A DNA stretch of 64,000 nt from an uncultured Phycisphaerales bacterium (GCA_963758525.1 CAVWVQ010000003.1:1088001-1152000), one strand, 5' to 3'; counted from the stretch's first letter, positions 16,725 to 27,980 are shown. The notes: a model not told the origin generated them from the letters alone. Numbers and translations are program-made.

Positions 16725-17543
16725 CTACTCGTCCATCGCGTCGTCCTCGAACTTCTTCAATCGCCAGACGCCGTAGGGATTATGCCAGGGCGAGTCTTTG
16801 GGAAATCGTGTGCATTCGACGTGTTGGAGGGTGAACTCCGGGCCGTGGGGGCTGCCGATTGGGTCGCCGTCGGTGATCGCGACTCCGGATTGATAGGTGT
16901 ACCCGAGAAACTCGTGCAGCTTCATGCCGTCGACTTGGGGGTCGGTGGGGTCGAGCAGCTCGGCGTCGCGGAAGCCGAGGCAGTGCATGCCGGCGGAGAA
17001 GACGTCCTCGTCTGAGGCGGTGACCGAGACGAAGGCCCAGTACATTCCGCCCATCAGCTTGTCGCCGGCCAGGTCGAGCCAATCGCGCGGGCCGTGGCAG
17101 TTGCCGGAATTGTCCACCATGACGCCCAGCGCGCCGGCCTTGATGAACGACTTGCCGATGGCGAGAAACGTCCTGGCGGCCTCGTGCGAGCCACCGGCGC
17201 CGGTAAGAAATATTTTCACCTGGTGTTTCTCGAGGGCGCGCAGCTCGTGGGATTTCATCCGGCCAGTGCCGGCGAACAGCTGGGCGATCTGGTCGTCACG
17301 TTCCGTGACTGACAGTTCGAATCGCCGGCCGCTGCGCTGGTGCAGGAGGCAGATCTCGCCGGCCGAGTCGCCGGCGGACGCGCCGGCAGGTGCGGCATCG
17401 ATCTCAGATTGGCGGATGAGGCAGCCGGTGTTGGCCTTGGCCAACGCTGATTGCAACTGTTCCAACGATTTCCATGGCCCGGGGATGCGCAGCGTGATCC
17501 GCGGAACTCGGTCCTGCTCTGATAGCTTCTCGTCCGATGCCAT
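16725..17543 (-). CDS. Hypothetical protein, DUF4261-like C-terminus
   Basis: FSAGMHCLGFRDAEL...FLGYTYQSGVAITDGDPIG; strong GC3 codon bias. Confidence 0.6.
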   Translation of the reverse strand: MASDEKLSEQDRVPRITLRIPGPWKSLEQLQSALAKANTGCLIRQSEIDAAPAGASAGDSAGEICLLHQRSGRRFELSVTERDDQIAQLFAGTGRMKSHELRALEKHQVKIFLTGAGGSHEAARTFLAIGKSFIKAGALGVMVDNSGNCHGPRDWLDLAGDKLMGGMYWAFVSVTASDEDVFSAGMHCLGFRDAELLDPTDPQVDGMKLHEFLGYTYQSGVAITDGDPIGSPHGPEFTLQHVECTRFPKDSPWHNPYGVWRLKKFEDDAMDE

Positions 17544-17739
17544 GTTCGATTCTCAAGCTTACCAAATTTGCTGCCGATCCGGTTAGCGGGAAACGCACGG
17601 GCGATCGGAAGAACTGTGGCGACTGCGGGTCTTGCGATGGCAGGGCGGGATTCATCCCGCCCGCCGCAAGGAATCCAACGGATGGCCATCCGTTGGCTTT
17701 CGGAATTTTCGCTTGCCGCAGTTGCAGTCAACTTCTGAT

Positions 17740-18501
17740 CTAGGCAATCGATGTGCTTTGGGGGTTCAGGAAGCCCTCTGCAGTATGCCATACCACGGGA
17801 ATGAAGTGTCGGCCCGTTGCGCGGCGCACGGCGGTGGCCGCGGCGTGGCGCGGGGTGGGGTGGTGCAGCGTGAATTGCCAGTGATCGAGCGGGAGCGGGT
17901 TCCCATCGCGGGCGCGCTCGATTGTGAATCGTTCGGGCAAACGGGACAGGCCCGATCCGCAGCCTTTGAGGAAGGCCTCCTTCAGAACCCACTGCTCGTA
18001 AAATCGCTGCAAGCGCGGGGCGGGCGCGCTGGCGAGAGCGGAGCACTCGGCGGGGGAAAAGAAGTGCCGGGTGACCTGGTCAATATCGACGGGGCGGGAG
18101 ATCTCTTCGGCGTCGATTCCGACGTCACCGGCTCGGGTGATGGCGCAGGCGATCAGGCTGGTGGTGTGGGTGAGATTGAAACTGAGACCACGGAAGGAAG
18201 TTGGAAAGGCGATGTGCGGCTTGCCGAATTCGTTGTGATCGAAACGCCAGTCTGCGGGATCGACGCCGGTGTATCGGGAGAGCGTGGCGCGGCAGAGCGC
18301 GCGGCTGAGGAGATTGGCGTGTTGCAGTATGGGTCCGCGAAAATGGTCGCGCCGGGCTTGCTCCTGGGGAGTGAGCCAACCGAGGCATTGGCGCTGGAGG
18401 TCTTCGGGGGAGATGCGATCGGGGTCGATGTGCCATGCGTGGACGCTGGTAAGCAAGCTGTCCCATTGCGCGGTGGTGTGCCATTGCGCGGCGAGCGTCA
18501 T
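17740..18501 (-). CDS. 4'-phosphopantetheinyl transferase (Sfp type)
   Basis: FGKP, FNLTHT, VGIDAE, WVLKEAFLKGCGSGL motifs; start overlaps the upstream stop. Confidence 0.9.
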   Translation of the reverse strand: MTLAAQWHTTAQWDSLLTSVHAWHIDPDRISPEDLQRQCLGWLTPQEQARRDHFRGPILQHANLLSRALCRATLSRYTGVDPADWRFDHNEFGKPHIAFPTSFRGLSFNLTHTTSLIACAITRAGDVGIDAEEISRPVDIDQVTRHFFSPAECSALASAPAPRLQRFYEQWVLKEAFLKGCGSGLSRLPERFTIERARDGNPLPLDHWQFTLHHPTPRHAAATAVRRATGRHFIPVVWHTAEGFLNPQSTSIA

Positions 18502-19574
18502 GTGAGCCCCGACGGCGGTGTCGTGGTGAGGTCCGAGAGGGAAACCTGCGTGACGAGCGGCACAAACCCCAGAGCGCTCGATTCCGTGTAAGCCAGAGCG
18601 GCATTGTCGGGATTCAGGGCGTAATCGATAGTGAAGACCGGTTTGCCGGCGTTCTGATAGATCTGATAATCGGCAATGCGCCCGGCAGTAACGGTCGGGT
18701 CGGTCGCGATGTCGCCGCCGGCAGGGTCGTCCCACTGGGCATTGGGTGTTCCCGAGAACCAGGTGTCTTCGACGGCCAGGGCGTCGACGACGTTAAGGTA
18801 ATTCGGGTCGGCGGCGGCGAGGCCTTCGCCGTTGAGTCCAACGACGTCGGCGTTGCGATTGACACTGCGGGCGGTGGCGCGGATACGTGCGATAAAGCTG
18901 ACCATGGCGGATGCGGGATTGATCCGATTGCGCTGGGCGGCAGCGTCAATGACCGGATCCTGGTAAGCGCCGACCCAGTCGAGGAAGACGCCGTCAAAGC
19001 CGGCTTTCATGACGCGTTTCACAATTCCGTTGGGGCCCAGAAAAAGGCTTTGCCACGCGGGCTGCCAGTAGGCGACGGGGTAGCTTCCGTTCCAGCCGAA
19101 GGGGTCGGATTCGAGAATGTAGGAGGGGCTGCCGTGGCGAGCGGCAGTGGGCGGTTTCCAACTGGGTTTCCAGTAAGCCCGGAAACTGGCGGCTTCGCCG
19201 ATATCGAGATAGGCGAGCACGACGCGGCCCGGATCGGCGGCGTGGAGTTGGGCGACCATGGCAGACATGTTGAAGTTGGCGTTGCCCTTCAGCGTGGCGG
19301 TCGGATCAACGATCAACATGTCGTAGTTGCTTTGCGCCAACGCCGTCACTTCCGGTGAGCCTGCGAGATCGGCAAGCACGTAGGAAAAAGTGCGGACGGA
19401 ACTGAGCGGCATTGCCGCGGGTTGAGTCGACGTCTTTGCGGCGACGTGGATTGCCGGGGCAGCCGCGGCCGAGAGGTCGATCCGCGCCGGGGCGGCGGTG
19501 ACAAGAGTCCTGCCCTCAAGAGACTCGACGAACGGGAATGCATTCACGCGGTCGGGCAACTTCGCTGGATCCAT
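18498..19574 (-). CDS. GH114-like / endo-alpha-1,4-polygalactosaminidase family glycoside hydrolase
   Basis: VLAYLDIGEAASFRAYW, GFDGVFLD, GKPVFTIDY; N-terminal ESLEGRTL planctomycete motif. Confidence 0.8.
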   Translation of the reverse strand: MDPAKLPDRVNAFPFVESLEGRTLVTAAPARIDLSAAAAPAIHVAAKTSTQPAAMPLSSVRTFSYVLADLAGSPEVTALAQSNYDMLIVDPTATLKGNANFNMSAMVAQLHAADPGRVVLAYLDIGEAASFRAYWKPSWKPPTAARHGSPSYILESDPFGWNGSYPVAYWQPAWQSLFLGPNGIVKRVMKAGFDGVFLDWVGAYQDPVIDAAAQRNRINPASAMVSFIARIRATARSVNRNADVVGLNGEGLAAADPNYLNVVDALAVEDTWFSGTPNAQWDDPAGGDIATDPTVTAGRIADYQIYQNAGKPVFTIDYALNPDNAALAYTESSALGFVPLVTQVSLSDLTTTPPSGLT

Positions 19575-19674
19575 GCGTATCTCTCACAATGCGGCTCGCG
19601 CCGCGACGCGCCCGAGGCGTCGGATGATATGCCGGCGGAACCGCCGGCGGCAATCGTCCGAGCGCACCTTCGTT

Positions 19675-20800
19675 TCAATAATGGAAGCGCCTGATGCAAT
19701 TTCTCAATCGGCAGGCGATGACGAGCATCCCCCATTTTTTATTGAGCGTCAATCGCCTGCAAAGCCTCGTGAAATAGTTGCCGTATTGCTCGTCGCAGAT
19801 TCCATAGTCTGAAAACACCGCATCGGAAGCGTACGCGCGCAGAGCCTCCTTTTGCTCCCTGATTCCGCCGCCGTTCCGGCAGATATTGCATATTCCCATT
19901 ACGTAGAACGACTGCAAATCGGCCAAAAGTTGAGGAATTTGATCTATCAGATTCAGCTTTTCATACTGTCGATACAGCGCGTCAATCAGGTAAATCATTT
20001 TACCGGAAATCTCTTCTTTATATGCGCGAGAGGCTCTGCCTCTCCCTCTTGCAATAGTGGTAATAGGGCCGGGAGACGATGACCGCCTTATCCACGTGTG
20101 CAAGGCAATCGAGCGTGAAGAGCAAATCCTCAAAATTCGACAGCTTTTCATCGAAGGATAGTTTATGGTCCGCGACGACAGAACGTTTATAGAGCTTGTT
20201 CCAAGTGGGAGTGAGATAGTTGGCGCGGAACAGATCCCAGTACCTGTCCTTAAAGGTTTCCCTTGTAACGACCGCATCTTCGTGCGAACGAACAGTCCGG
20301 CTCTTCAGTTTTCCGTTCTTTACTGTATCGAAGAACATTCCGAAAATAACCACGTCGGCGTTATGACCGGCGTTGGCCCGAAAGCAGGCTTCAATCATAT
20401 CGGGTTCAAAAAAATCATCGCTGTCGAGAAACATCAGGTAATCGCCTGTCGCCTCCCGAATGCCCCGATTGCGCGCCGCGGATACCCCCCGGTTTTGCTG
20501 ACGGATGTATCGCATCACGGGGTACTTTTGGGCGTATTCGATACAAATCGCGCCACTCGCATCCGTGGAGCCGTCATCAATCAATAGAACTTCAAGATTC
20601 CGGTAAGTTTGCGCCATTAAGGAGTCCAGCGTGGCCGCGAGATACCTTTCGATGTTATAAACCGGGATGATAACGCTCACTATTTTCTGATGGCCCACGT
20701 CAACCCCTGACAAGATTCCGGACGCAATGAGCGGGCGGAGCGGCTCCGGCGTGGCGCGAGCATGCATGGGGCGTTCCAGGAGCAGTTCTCCGGTTTTCAC
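19675..20800 (-). CDS. Glycosyltransferase family 2 (frameshift near 20020)
   Basis: VSVIIPVYN, IDDGSTD, GVSAARNRG, FLDSDD, WNKLYK, FEDLLF; the C-terminus continues in ORF 19675..20277. Confidence 0.85.
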
Positions 20801-20823
20801 GATACATCACCTTCGGCCTCTGG

Positions 20824-21990
20824 TTACATCCCCTTCGTCGTCGCCTGCAGAATCTGGCGCGACGCGACCGCGGGCCCGGCTTTGAGAAGTTCGCCGTAGA
20901 TCCCTTCCCAGCGGTCAAGCACACGATCAATGTTGAAGTTCGATTCCACATGATCGCGACCGCGGCGCCCCATCGCGTCGCGCTGCTCGGCGGTCATCTT
21001 CATGACGCTGCACATCGCGTCGGCAAGCGCCGGCGAATCCCTGGGAGGAACGATCAGGCCGGAAGATTCGTGGATCACCACTTCCGCGTTTCCACCGACA
21101 TCGGTGGCCACGATCGGCAATCCTGTGGCGGAGGCTTCCTGCAGCACCAGGGGCATTCCTTCCATGGACGAAGAGAGCACCTGGGCGTCGGCGGCGTTCA
21201 TCAGATCGGCGACATCGTCGCGTACGCCCATGAAGCGGACGCAGCGGGAAAGCTTGAGGTTGTCCACGAGTTGTCGCAGCTCCGACTCGAGCTCGCCCTG
21301 CCCGACGAGCAGCAGGAGCGGATCGGCGGGGTGGTTTGCCGCAACGGCCGCGAACGCGCGGAACAGGTTGGCGTGATCCTTGTCCGGCTCCATTCGCGCG
21401 ACGGCAAGCCAGACGAAGCGGCTCTCAAGCCCCAATTGTTGTCGCAGCCGAGCCCGCTGCGAACCATTGCGCTGAAATCGCGTGAGGTCAACCCCGTTGG
21501 GCATAAATCGAATCCTGCCGGCCGGGGCGAGACCCAGTCGCACGTAACGATCGACCGCAGCCTGGCTGACATTGGTAGTCAGGTCAGCAAGTCGATCAGT
21601 ATATCGATACCCAAGATCGTGCACCCAGCACCCCTCCTTGAGGCTGTGGGCGGTGCAGACGAGAACCGGCATCTTTGCGAATAACCGTGAGACGCGTGCC
21701 AGCAGGTTTGCGTGGACAATATGGCTGTGAACGACTTGCGGCGCGCGATCGCGGATAAACTTGCTGAGTTTGAGAATGGCGAGCGGATTCGGGACGCCGG
21801 GTGTCATGTTCAGGCAGAAGACTTCGATGCCGGCTTCGCGCAGTTGGGTGTCCAGAGCAACCGGGGGAAGCATCGAGACGACGGCGACGCGCCAGCCGCG
21901 GCGTTGAAAACCATTGGCCAGCCGCGAAACCTGAATCTCGGCGCCACCGTGGGTGAGCGTGTTAACGACAAAGGTAATGGACTTATTCAT
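20824..21990 (-). CDS. Glycosyltransferase family 4
   Basis: MNKSITFVVNTLTHGGAE...PNGVD...SSMEGMPLVLQEASATGLPIVATDVGG. Confidence 0.9.
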   Translation of the reverse strand: MNKSITFVVNTLTHGGAEIQVSRLANGFQRRGWRVAVVSMLPPVALDTQLREAGIEVFCLNMTPGVPNPLAILKLSKFIRDRAPQVVHSHIVHANLLARVSRLFAKMPVLVCTAHSLKEGCWVHDLGYRYTDRLADLTTNVSQAAVDRYVRLGLAPAGRIRFMPNGVDLTRFQRNGSQRARLRQQLGLESRFVWLAVARMEPDKDHANLFRAFAAVAANHPADPLLLLVGQGELESELRQLVDNLKLSRCVRFMGVRDDVADLMNAADAQVLSSSMEGMPLVLQEASATGLPIVATDVGGNAEVVIHESSGLIVPPRDSPALADAMCSVMKMTAEQRDAMGRRGRDHVESNFNIDRVLDRWEGIYGELLKAGPAVASRQILQATTKGM

Positions 21991-23484
21991 TGGAAATCCG
22001 CTTCGCTTGAAACATCCTGCGGCAACGACCATTCCTGACGGCGCGGGTGAATGGAGGCGTCGCGCTGAGCCAACTGCAGAGTGGACTTCGGCGCCGGGCG
22101 CGGATCGGGCGAAGTGCAGATCCCCGGCCAAACCGTGAGCCAGCCGAGCGCGACCCAAATCGGCAGGAGCTGCGTGTAACTGGTGGTTAAGGTGATACCC
22201 ACTGTCCAGACAATCGTGATTGCCGCAAACGCCGGATTGAAATTGCTTGCGCCAGACGCGCAACAAATAGAAACCGATGAGACAAATCGCCAATGCGCCG
22301 ACAAGACCGGTTTCATAGATATAGGTAAGGAGCACGCTCCAGACCGCGTCCAAACGCAAAGCATTCCAGATGGCGTCCGCCGAGAGGCCGGCGCCCAGGC
22401 CGAAGAGAATCGTCGGCAGATCCCCATGCGCGTACATCGAGAATCCGGCGACCAGAGTTTCAGAACGGTCATCCCACGAGCCGCCCATCTGATACTCGCC
22501 CTCGATGCGATTGGCCATGATCGTCACGGTCATCCACACGAGGAGGGGCAGGAGAATTCCCGCGGTCGGCAGGAAGATCGCGACGGTTCGCGGCGTCACT
22601 CTCAGCTTGCGCAGACCGAGCAGGCCGATGACCGAGAGCCCCGCGAGCGTGATCATCGTGTGTCCGGAACCCGAAAGAATGATGAGCACCAGGCCGCCGA
22701 TGGCAGAGGCCGCGAAAAGGATGCGGCGCCAGCGCGATGGTCGCTCGCGCAGCTGCACAACGCCGCAGAGTTCGGCGGTGATAAAGAGAACCCATGGCGC
22801 CAGGGAACTGGACATCGCCGACGGCTCGGGAAAGAGCCCGAACGGCCGCTGGATATAAGTTGCGATGGTGCGGGCATTGTCCTGCACGCTCAAGAAAGAC
22901 TGATTCACGTAAAAACCGGCGAACGGAAATTCCTGGGAGGTAAAACTATAGAGCTGCCAGAGTCCGACGAGGGCGTGTAACAGCATGGCGGCAGCGATGC
23001 CGGTCAGAAGGTGGAGCGCGTATCGCGGCGCGTACAATTGGATGACGACCAGTGTCACGCAAGCGGTCGCCCAGACCGTGATATCCTTGAGGCAGAGGTT
23101 CAGGTCGCCATTCCCTGAGAACGCCACTTTAATGGCGGAGAGCACCAGCGGCATAAGAATCAGCGGGTAGAAAAATACGGGGCGATACCGCCACGGGAGC
23201 GCAACCGCCGGAATCAGCAGCAGCAGCGAAAGCATGTTTCCGCTCTGCAGCGCGGATTGATTGCCTATCGATATCGCCGGATATGGCATGAAACAGAGGA
23301 ATCCCAGCACCAACACGACGGCGGGGGCGATGCGCGAGATCCATCGGCCCGACGGGCCGGCCGGAGTGACTCGTGAGGGCATCACCGGCAAACCAACAGA
23401 ACTTTTGCAGATGGCGGCGATCATCGGCGCTGCGGTTCCCCCCAGGCATATCGAGCGTGTCGACCGCGGGCCAACGAAATGCAA
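21987..23484 (-). CDS. O-antigen polymerase/ligase-like membrane protein (frameshift near 22250)
   Basis: More than 10 TM segments, RPFGLFPEPS, LFGLGAG, YETGLVG; the hydrophobic C-terminus is in ORF 21987..22472. Start uncertain. Confidence 0.7.
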
Positions 23485-23510
23485 TTGTACAAACGATCCA
23501 TTGGTTGCCT

Positions 23511-25019
23511 TTACAAGACCGTGCTCGTCGGGAACGACGCGACGCTTTCAACAGAATCGAGCGCCGGCTCAACCGCGATCGCGGTGAGGGTCGCGCGTTT
23601 CGCAACCAACGCGGCACGCACTCCCAGAAAATTACACGCGAACAGAACTGATCCGTAGAGCGCCGTGCCCGCGGCAACTTGCGCGGCAAGGGCGGCATGA
23701 CTGATGCGCCCGCGAAACGGGAAGAGGACCCCGGCCATCACGCCGGCGGCAACGAGCGTTTGAAGAAGCGGGCGCATCGGAAGCGGCAGCGCGAGATACC
23801 GCCTGCCCACCAGGGCTGTCAGAACAATCGCCAGCACATACGCCAGCACAGAGGCAGACGCGGCCCCGTTGATTCCGAATCGTCGGATGGCCACCAGATT
23901 CAGCGCGATGTTGACCACCGCGGCAAAAAGAACAATCCAGACCTGAATGATGGTTCGATTTACGAACTGAAACGCAGTGTCGAAATGAAACGCCTTGAAG
24001 CTGGCGAGAAACGTGCCCGCCGCGACGAGCGGAAGGATCTCCACAGCGGTATGGCGAAAGCTTTCGCCCAGGAAGCAATTGGCGATCCCCGGCGCCAGCA
24101 CGCTGAGCCCCACGGTTGCCGGCAGCCCGACGGCCAGCAGCAGCGACGCGTTATGCCGCATCTCGCGCTGCGCGGCCTCGCGTCCGTGCTCCTCCCATGC
24201 CCGCACGGCCAGCGGGAAAACCGCCAGATAGATTACGATCATCAGCATCGCAATCGTCTGACTCGTAAAGTCGACGGCAACGGAGTAAAGACCCGCGGCG
24301 TCCTTCCCCAGAATCCAGGCGATGAGAAATCGATCGGACGTGCTGATGACCACCGTGAGCGCGACCGTCAGGGAGAGGGGCAGGCCGTACTGGCAAATGG
24401 TCCAAAGTGCTTCGCGATCGATCGAAAAGCGAAGCCCGCTCCAATCGCGGCGCATTGCATAGAGCATCGGAAGCAGCATCCCGATGGCGACGCCCACCAG
24501 CGGTCCCCACCATCCCAGGCCCAGCTTGATCAACGCCGCGCCCAGCGTGATGAAGACAAAGGCCCGGATGAGTTGCATCCACATGAACTGCCAAGGCTGA
24601 ATCCGCGCCCGGGCGTGGTCGCAGAACATTTCATAAAGCGCCTGCACCGCCAGCAAGATCCAGCAACCGATGATGACCGGGCGCAAGCCTTTTGCGGCGG
24701 GGAGTGCGCAGAGCAGGGCGGCGACGACGCCCAACGCGGCAATGAAGAGGTATTGCACGGTCAGCAGCGTGGACTTGAGCGTCCGCGGATTCTCGCGATA
24801 GACCGGAAGATATCGCACCAGCGCGAGCCGCAGCCAGGAGAAGAGCAACGCGTTGAGCATTGCGACGGTGGCGGCAACCAGCGCGTAGTTGCCATATCCC
24901 GCCGGGTCGAGCAGCCGGGAGAACGTGGGGATCGCCAGGAACGCGACGATCGACGGGAGGCCGCGCGCCAGCATGTAGACTGCGGCGTGGCGAACTGCGC
25001 TGGATTGAGCCTGACCCAT
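23511..25019 (-). CDS. Oligosaccharide flippase (Wzx family)
   Basis: 12-14 TM segments; RLLDPAGYGNY, DRFLIAWILGKDAAGLYS, FGINGAASAS. Confidence 0.88.
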   Translation of the reverse strand: MGQAQSSAVRHAAVYMLARGLPSIVAFLAIPTFSRLLDPAGYGNYALVAATVAMLNALLFSWLRLALVRYLPVYRENPRTLKSTLLTVQYLFIAALGVVAALLCALPAAKGLRPVIIGCWILLAVQALYEMFCDHARARIQPWQFMWMQLIRAFVFITLGAALIKLGLGWWGPLVGVAIGMLLPMLYAMRRDWSGLRFSIDREALWTICQYGLPLSLTVALTVVISTSDRFLIAWILGKDAAGLYSVAVDFTSQTIAMLMIVIYLAVFPLAVRAWEEHGREAAQREMRHNASLLLAVGLPATVGLSVLAPGIANCFLGESFRHTAVEILPLVAAGTFLASFKAFHFDTAFQFVNRTIIQVWIVLFAAVVNIALNLVAIRRFGINGAASASVLAYVLAIVLTALVGRRYLALPLPMRPLLQTLVAAGVMAGVLFPFRGRISHAALAAQVAAGTALYGSVLFACNFLGVRAALVAKRATLTAIAVEPALDSVESVASFPTSTVL

Positions 25020-25256
25020 CTGCCTTCTCCGGACACCAAGTCACGTAGATGCGGATTCGAATCCGCAATTTTCATGCACCACGCCGAGTCTGCGGTACAC
25101 CGAAGGCTCGGATTTCCGCGTCCGATCCGAGCCTTCGGAGTATCTCAGACTCGACGTGGTATGGGAATGCGGGCTCGGATCTGCATATAAGCTCGTCCGC
25201 GACCGCTCCGTTCCATCAAATTGTTGCGCGCCGCATGCGAAATGCGAACTGCCGCC

Positions 25257-27638
25257 CTACGGCGCGGCCAGTTCCCAGCGGGCGTCCGCCGGTGAATCGG
25301 GTTCGTTGATCGCCAGGATATCCGCGGGCAATTGTGTCGCGGCAAGTGAAGCCTGGCGATTGCTCAAGATTCCATTGCCATTGCCATTCCCGTTTCCATG
25401 TCCATTGCCATTTGCAGTTCCGTTGCCGTTAACGTGATGGGGAGCGTACCCGACGGCGCTGCCAAGCCGGCGGAGGAGTTGATTGCCGGAAGAGACGCGC
25501 GGGCGAAGCCTGCCGTAGTAGTGATATCCCTCCGGTGTCTGCACTTCGTTGGCGATTGCGCCCAGGACGGTTGCTTTCACTTTCCGCAGCGCGTCCAGCG
25601 CGACTTCGCCCAGTTTCCGTGACGAGCGGCACATGCGAATGACCAGAAGGGTGACGTCCGCGGAGGCGGCGAGGATGCGGGCATCGGTGACCGCGATCAC
25701 GGGGGGCGAGTCGATCACGATGCGGTCAAAAATCGACGCCAGTTGTTGCATCAGTTGTGAGAAGCGCTTGCTTTCCAGCATCTCGGCGGGCTTGCCGGGA
25801 ATCGTGCCGGCGGGAATCACATAAAGATCGTCGATGGCGGTGGCGCGGATCACGTCGCGGACTTTCGCCTTGCCGGTCATCACGTCGGCGAGCCCGAGGC
25901 CGCCATCGACGTGAAAGATCGCGTCCTGCACGGGGCGTCGCATGTCGGCGTCTATCAGCAACGTGCGCTGGCCGCCCTGCGCGAAGGAAATCGCGAGATT
26001 GCTGGAGCAGGTGGATTTCCCTTCGCCCGATGTCGGGGAGGTGACGAGAAACGTTTTGGCGTTGGGCGGAGCGCCGAAGGAAATGGTGGTGCGAATCGCC
26101 CGGTAGGCCTCGGCAACCTCCGACATCGAATCGCCATGAACAATCGTTCCGCGATCGGAGGCGGAGAGATTTGCCGGCATCCGCGGCACGAGCCCGACCA
26201 TCGGCAATTCGAGCAGACCGACGATGTCGTCGGGCGTTCGCAGCCGCCGGTTGCGCCATTCCTGCGCCATCACCACGCTGCTGCCCAGCAGCAGGCCTGC
26301 CAGCAGTCCAATGGCAAGCGTCAGCGCCTTCTTCGGACGGATCGGCTTCTCCTGGGCATGGGCGGGATCCATCACCTCCACGTCGAGAGCGCCGGCATTG
26401 AGATTATTGACGCTGACTTCCTGGATCCGGCTGTCGAGCACGTCGCACTGCTTCTGCATCCGCTCCACGTCACTCTCGAGCCGGGCATATTCCGCGGCTT
26501 TCGGATTCATCGCCAGGGCCGCCGCCCGCTGATCGGCCAGGGAAACGCGAATCTGCTTTTCCCGGTCTTCCGCGGCCGCCAACTGCACGGACAACTGCGA
26601 AACCTGTGCTTCGGCAATGGCCTTCTCCTTCGCGGCGATCTTCGCCTTCAGCAGGTCGATCGATGATTCGATCTCCCGGGCGCGAATGTTCTTGGGGCCG
26701 ATCACCTCCAGGTTGCTTCGCAGCATCAATTGATATTGCTCAAGCGACGAGCGCAGGTCGTCGAACTCCTTGTCGCCGAAGTCTCTTCCCTTCATCTGTT
26801 GCGACTCGACGAACGCCGAGATTTCCTGCGGATCGGCCAGGGCCGACCTGGTCGCGGCAAGCTGGACGCGATAATCGAGCGTGGCTAATTCCGCGGTGGT
26901 CAGCGCTGCGGAGAGCGTCGCAAGCCGGTCGAGAATGGTGTTTCCCTTCTCGTCGCGGAATGAGATCGCGCCGTTTTCGGCCTTGAACTGCACCAGCGCC
27001 GCGATGCCCGCCTCGCGCTTGCGCTCGAGCTGGTCGCGCTCGTCGGCGAGAATTTTCACCATTTCTTCGCCGGTCACGCGGCGATGTTTTGAGAGCCGAA
27101 AGAGATAGCCATCGACAACTGCTTTTACGAAGTCGGTTGCCTCGCTGGGGTACGGCGACTCCATGGAGACGGTGATGAGGTTGTCTTTTCTGCCGACATC
27201 GACTTTGAAGCTATTGCCCTGCAGGAGCCAATCCACGGGGTCGCCGGTGACGTTGGCGAAGGTCTTGAGTTGGCGGTACCCCACCTGATCCAGCGCGTAG
27301 CGAAGGACAGGCGTCGATTGGATTGCCGAGGCTTGCGAGTAGAGATAGGCGTCGGTTTGCGCGCTGTCGGTGCTGCGGGAATTGGTTTCGCTGAAGACGC
27401 TGGGGGCGTTTTGTTCCACGTACAGACGCGATTGGGCGCTATAGATCCGCGTTGCAAAGAGCAGGTAGACGACCGCGACAAAAAGGCATCCGGCTACCGC
27501 CAATCCGATTGTCCATCGGCGCCTCAGGAGCAGTTCACTCAGTAAAGGCGCACCGGCAGGGGCAGCGGCCGGAGCGTTTTCGCGCTTCGACAGCGTGCCG
27601 CTTTCCCAAAGAAGTCTGGGGATTCTTTTCCCGATCAT
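25257..27638 (-). CDS. Polysaccharide co-polymerase / tyrosine autokinase (Wzc family)
   Basis: TM-coiled coil-TM; AEAYRAIRT, TSPTSGEGKST, LLIDADMRRP, IVIDSPP; Tyr cluster GYHYY. Confidence 0.92.
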   Translation of the reverse strand: MIGKRIPRLLWESGTLSKRENAPAAAPAGAPLLSELLLRRRWTIGLAVAGCLFVAVVYLLFATRIYSAQSRLYVEQNAPSVFSETNSRSTDSAQTDAYLYSQASAIQSTPVLRYALDQVGYRQLKTFANVTGDPVDWLLQGNSFKVDVGRKDNLITVSMESPYPSEATDFVKAVVDGYLFRLSKHRRVTGEEMVKILADERDQLERKREAGIAALVQFKAENGAISFRDEKGNTILDRLATLSAALTTAELATLDYRVQLAATRSALADPQEISAFVESQQMKGRDFGDKEFDDLRSSLEQYQLMLRSNLEVIGPKNIRAREIESSIDLLKAKIAAKEKAIAEAQVSQLSVQLAAAEDREKQIRVSLADQRAAALAMNPKAAEYARLESDVERMQKQCDVLDSRIQEVSVNNLNAGALDVEVMDPAHAQEKPIRPKKALTLAIGLLAGLLLGSSVVMAQEWRNRRLRTPDDIVGLLELPMVGLVPRMPANLSASDRGTIVHGDSMSEVAEAYRAIRTTISFGAPPNAKTFLVTSPTSGEGKSTCSSNLAISFAQGGQRTLLIDADMRRPVQDAIFHVDGGLGLADVMTGKAKVRDVIRATAIDDLYVIPAGTIPGKPAEMLESKRFSQLMQQLASIFDRIVIDSPPVIAVTDARILAASADVTLLVIRMCRSSRKLGEVALDALRKVKATVLGAIANEVQTPEGYHYYGRLRPRVSSGNQLLRRLGSAVGYAPHHVNGNGTANGNGHGNGNGNGNGILSNRQASLAATQLPADILAINEPDSPADARWELAAP

Positions 27639-27980
27639 GAACGCAACCTGCTGAAAAGGTGAAACACCCAACGTATAACGGGGTGCCCAAGCCATTGCAA
27701 TTAAGAACTGCAACGCTTCGGCAAATCCCGAGGGCGGGGCGTCACTCTGGTGAATACTTGAGATTCGTGCCAGCGTGAAGACAAAAGATTCCGTTTATAC
27801 GACCGCAAATTGATCGCTGAGAACCCGCACCTTATTTCGACGCTCAGGGCGGCGCATAACCGATTGGGAGGACTCGCACTTAACAGGCTGGGCATTCTGG
27901 AGAAGATGTGCCGAGCTTGACCTCTGGGCAGGCTGGCTTGAAAATTCAATCGCCGGCGCGAACTCTACCCGATACCGAAT

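Noticed and set aside
20824..23484. 886-aa Wzy-GT4 fusion protein
   Set aside because: The joining segment is out-of-frame sequence; the hydrophobic Wzy C-terminus is in another frame ending at 21987, overlapping the GT4 ATG.
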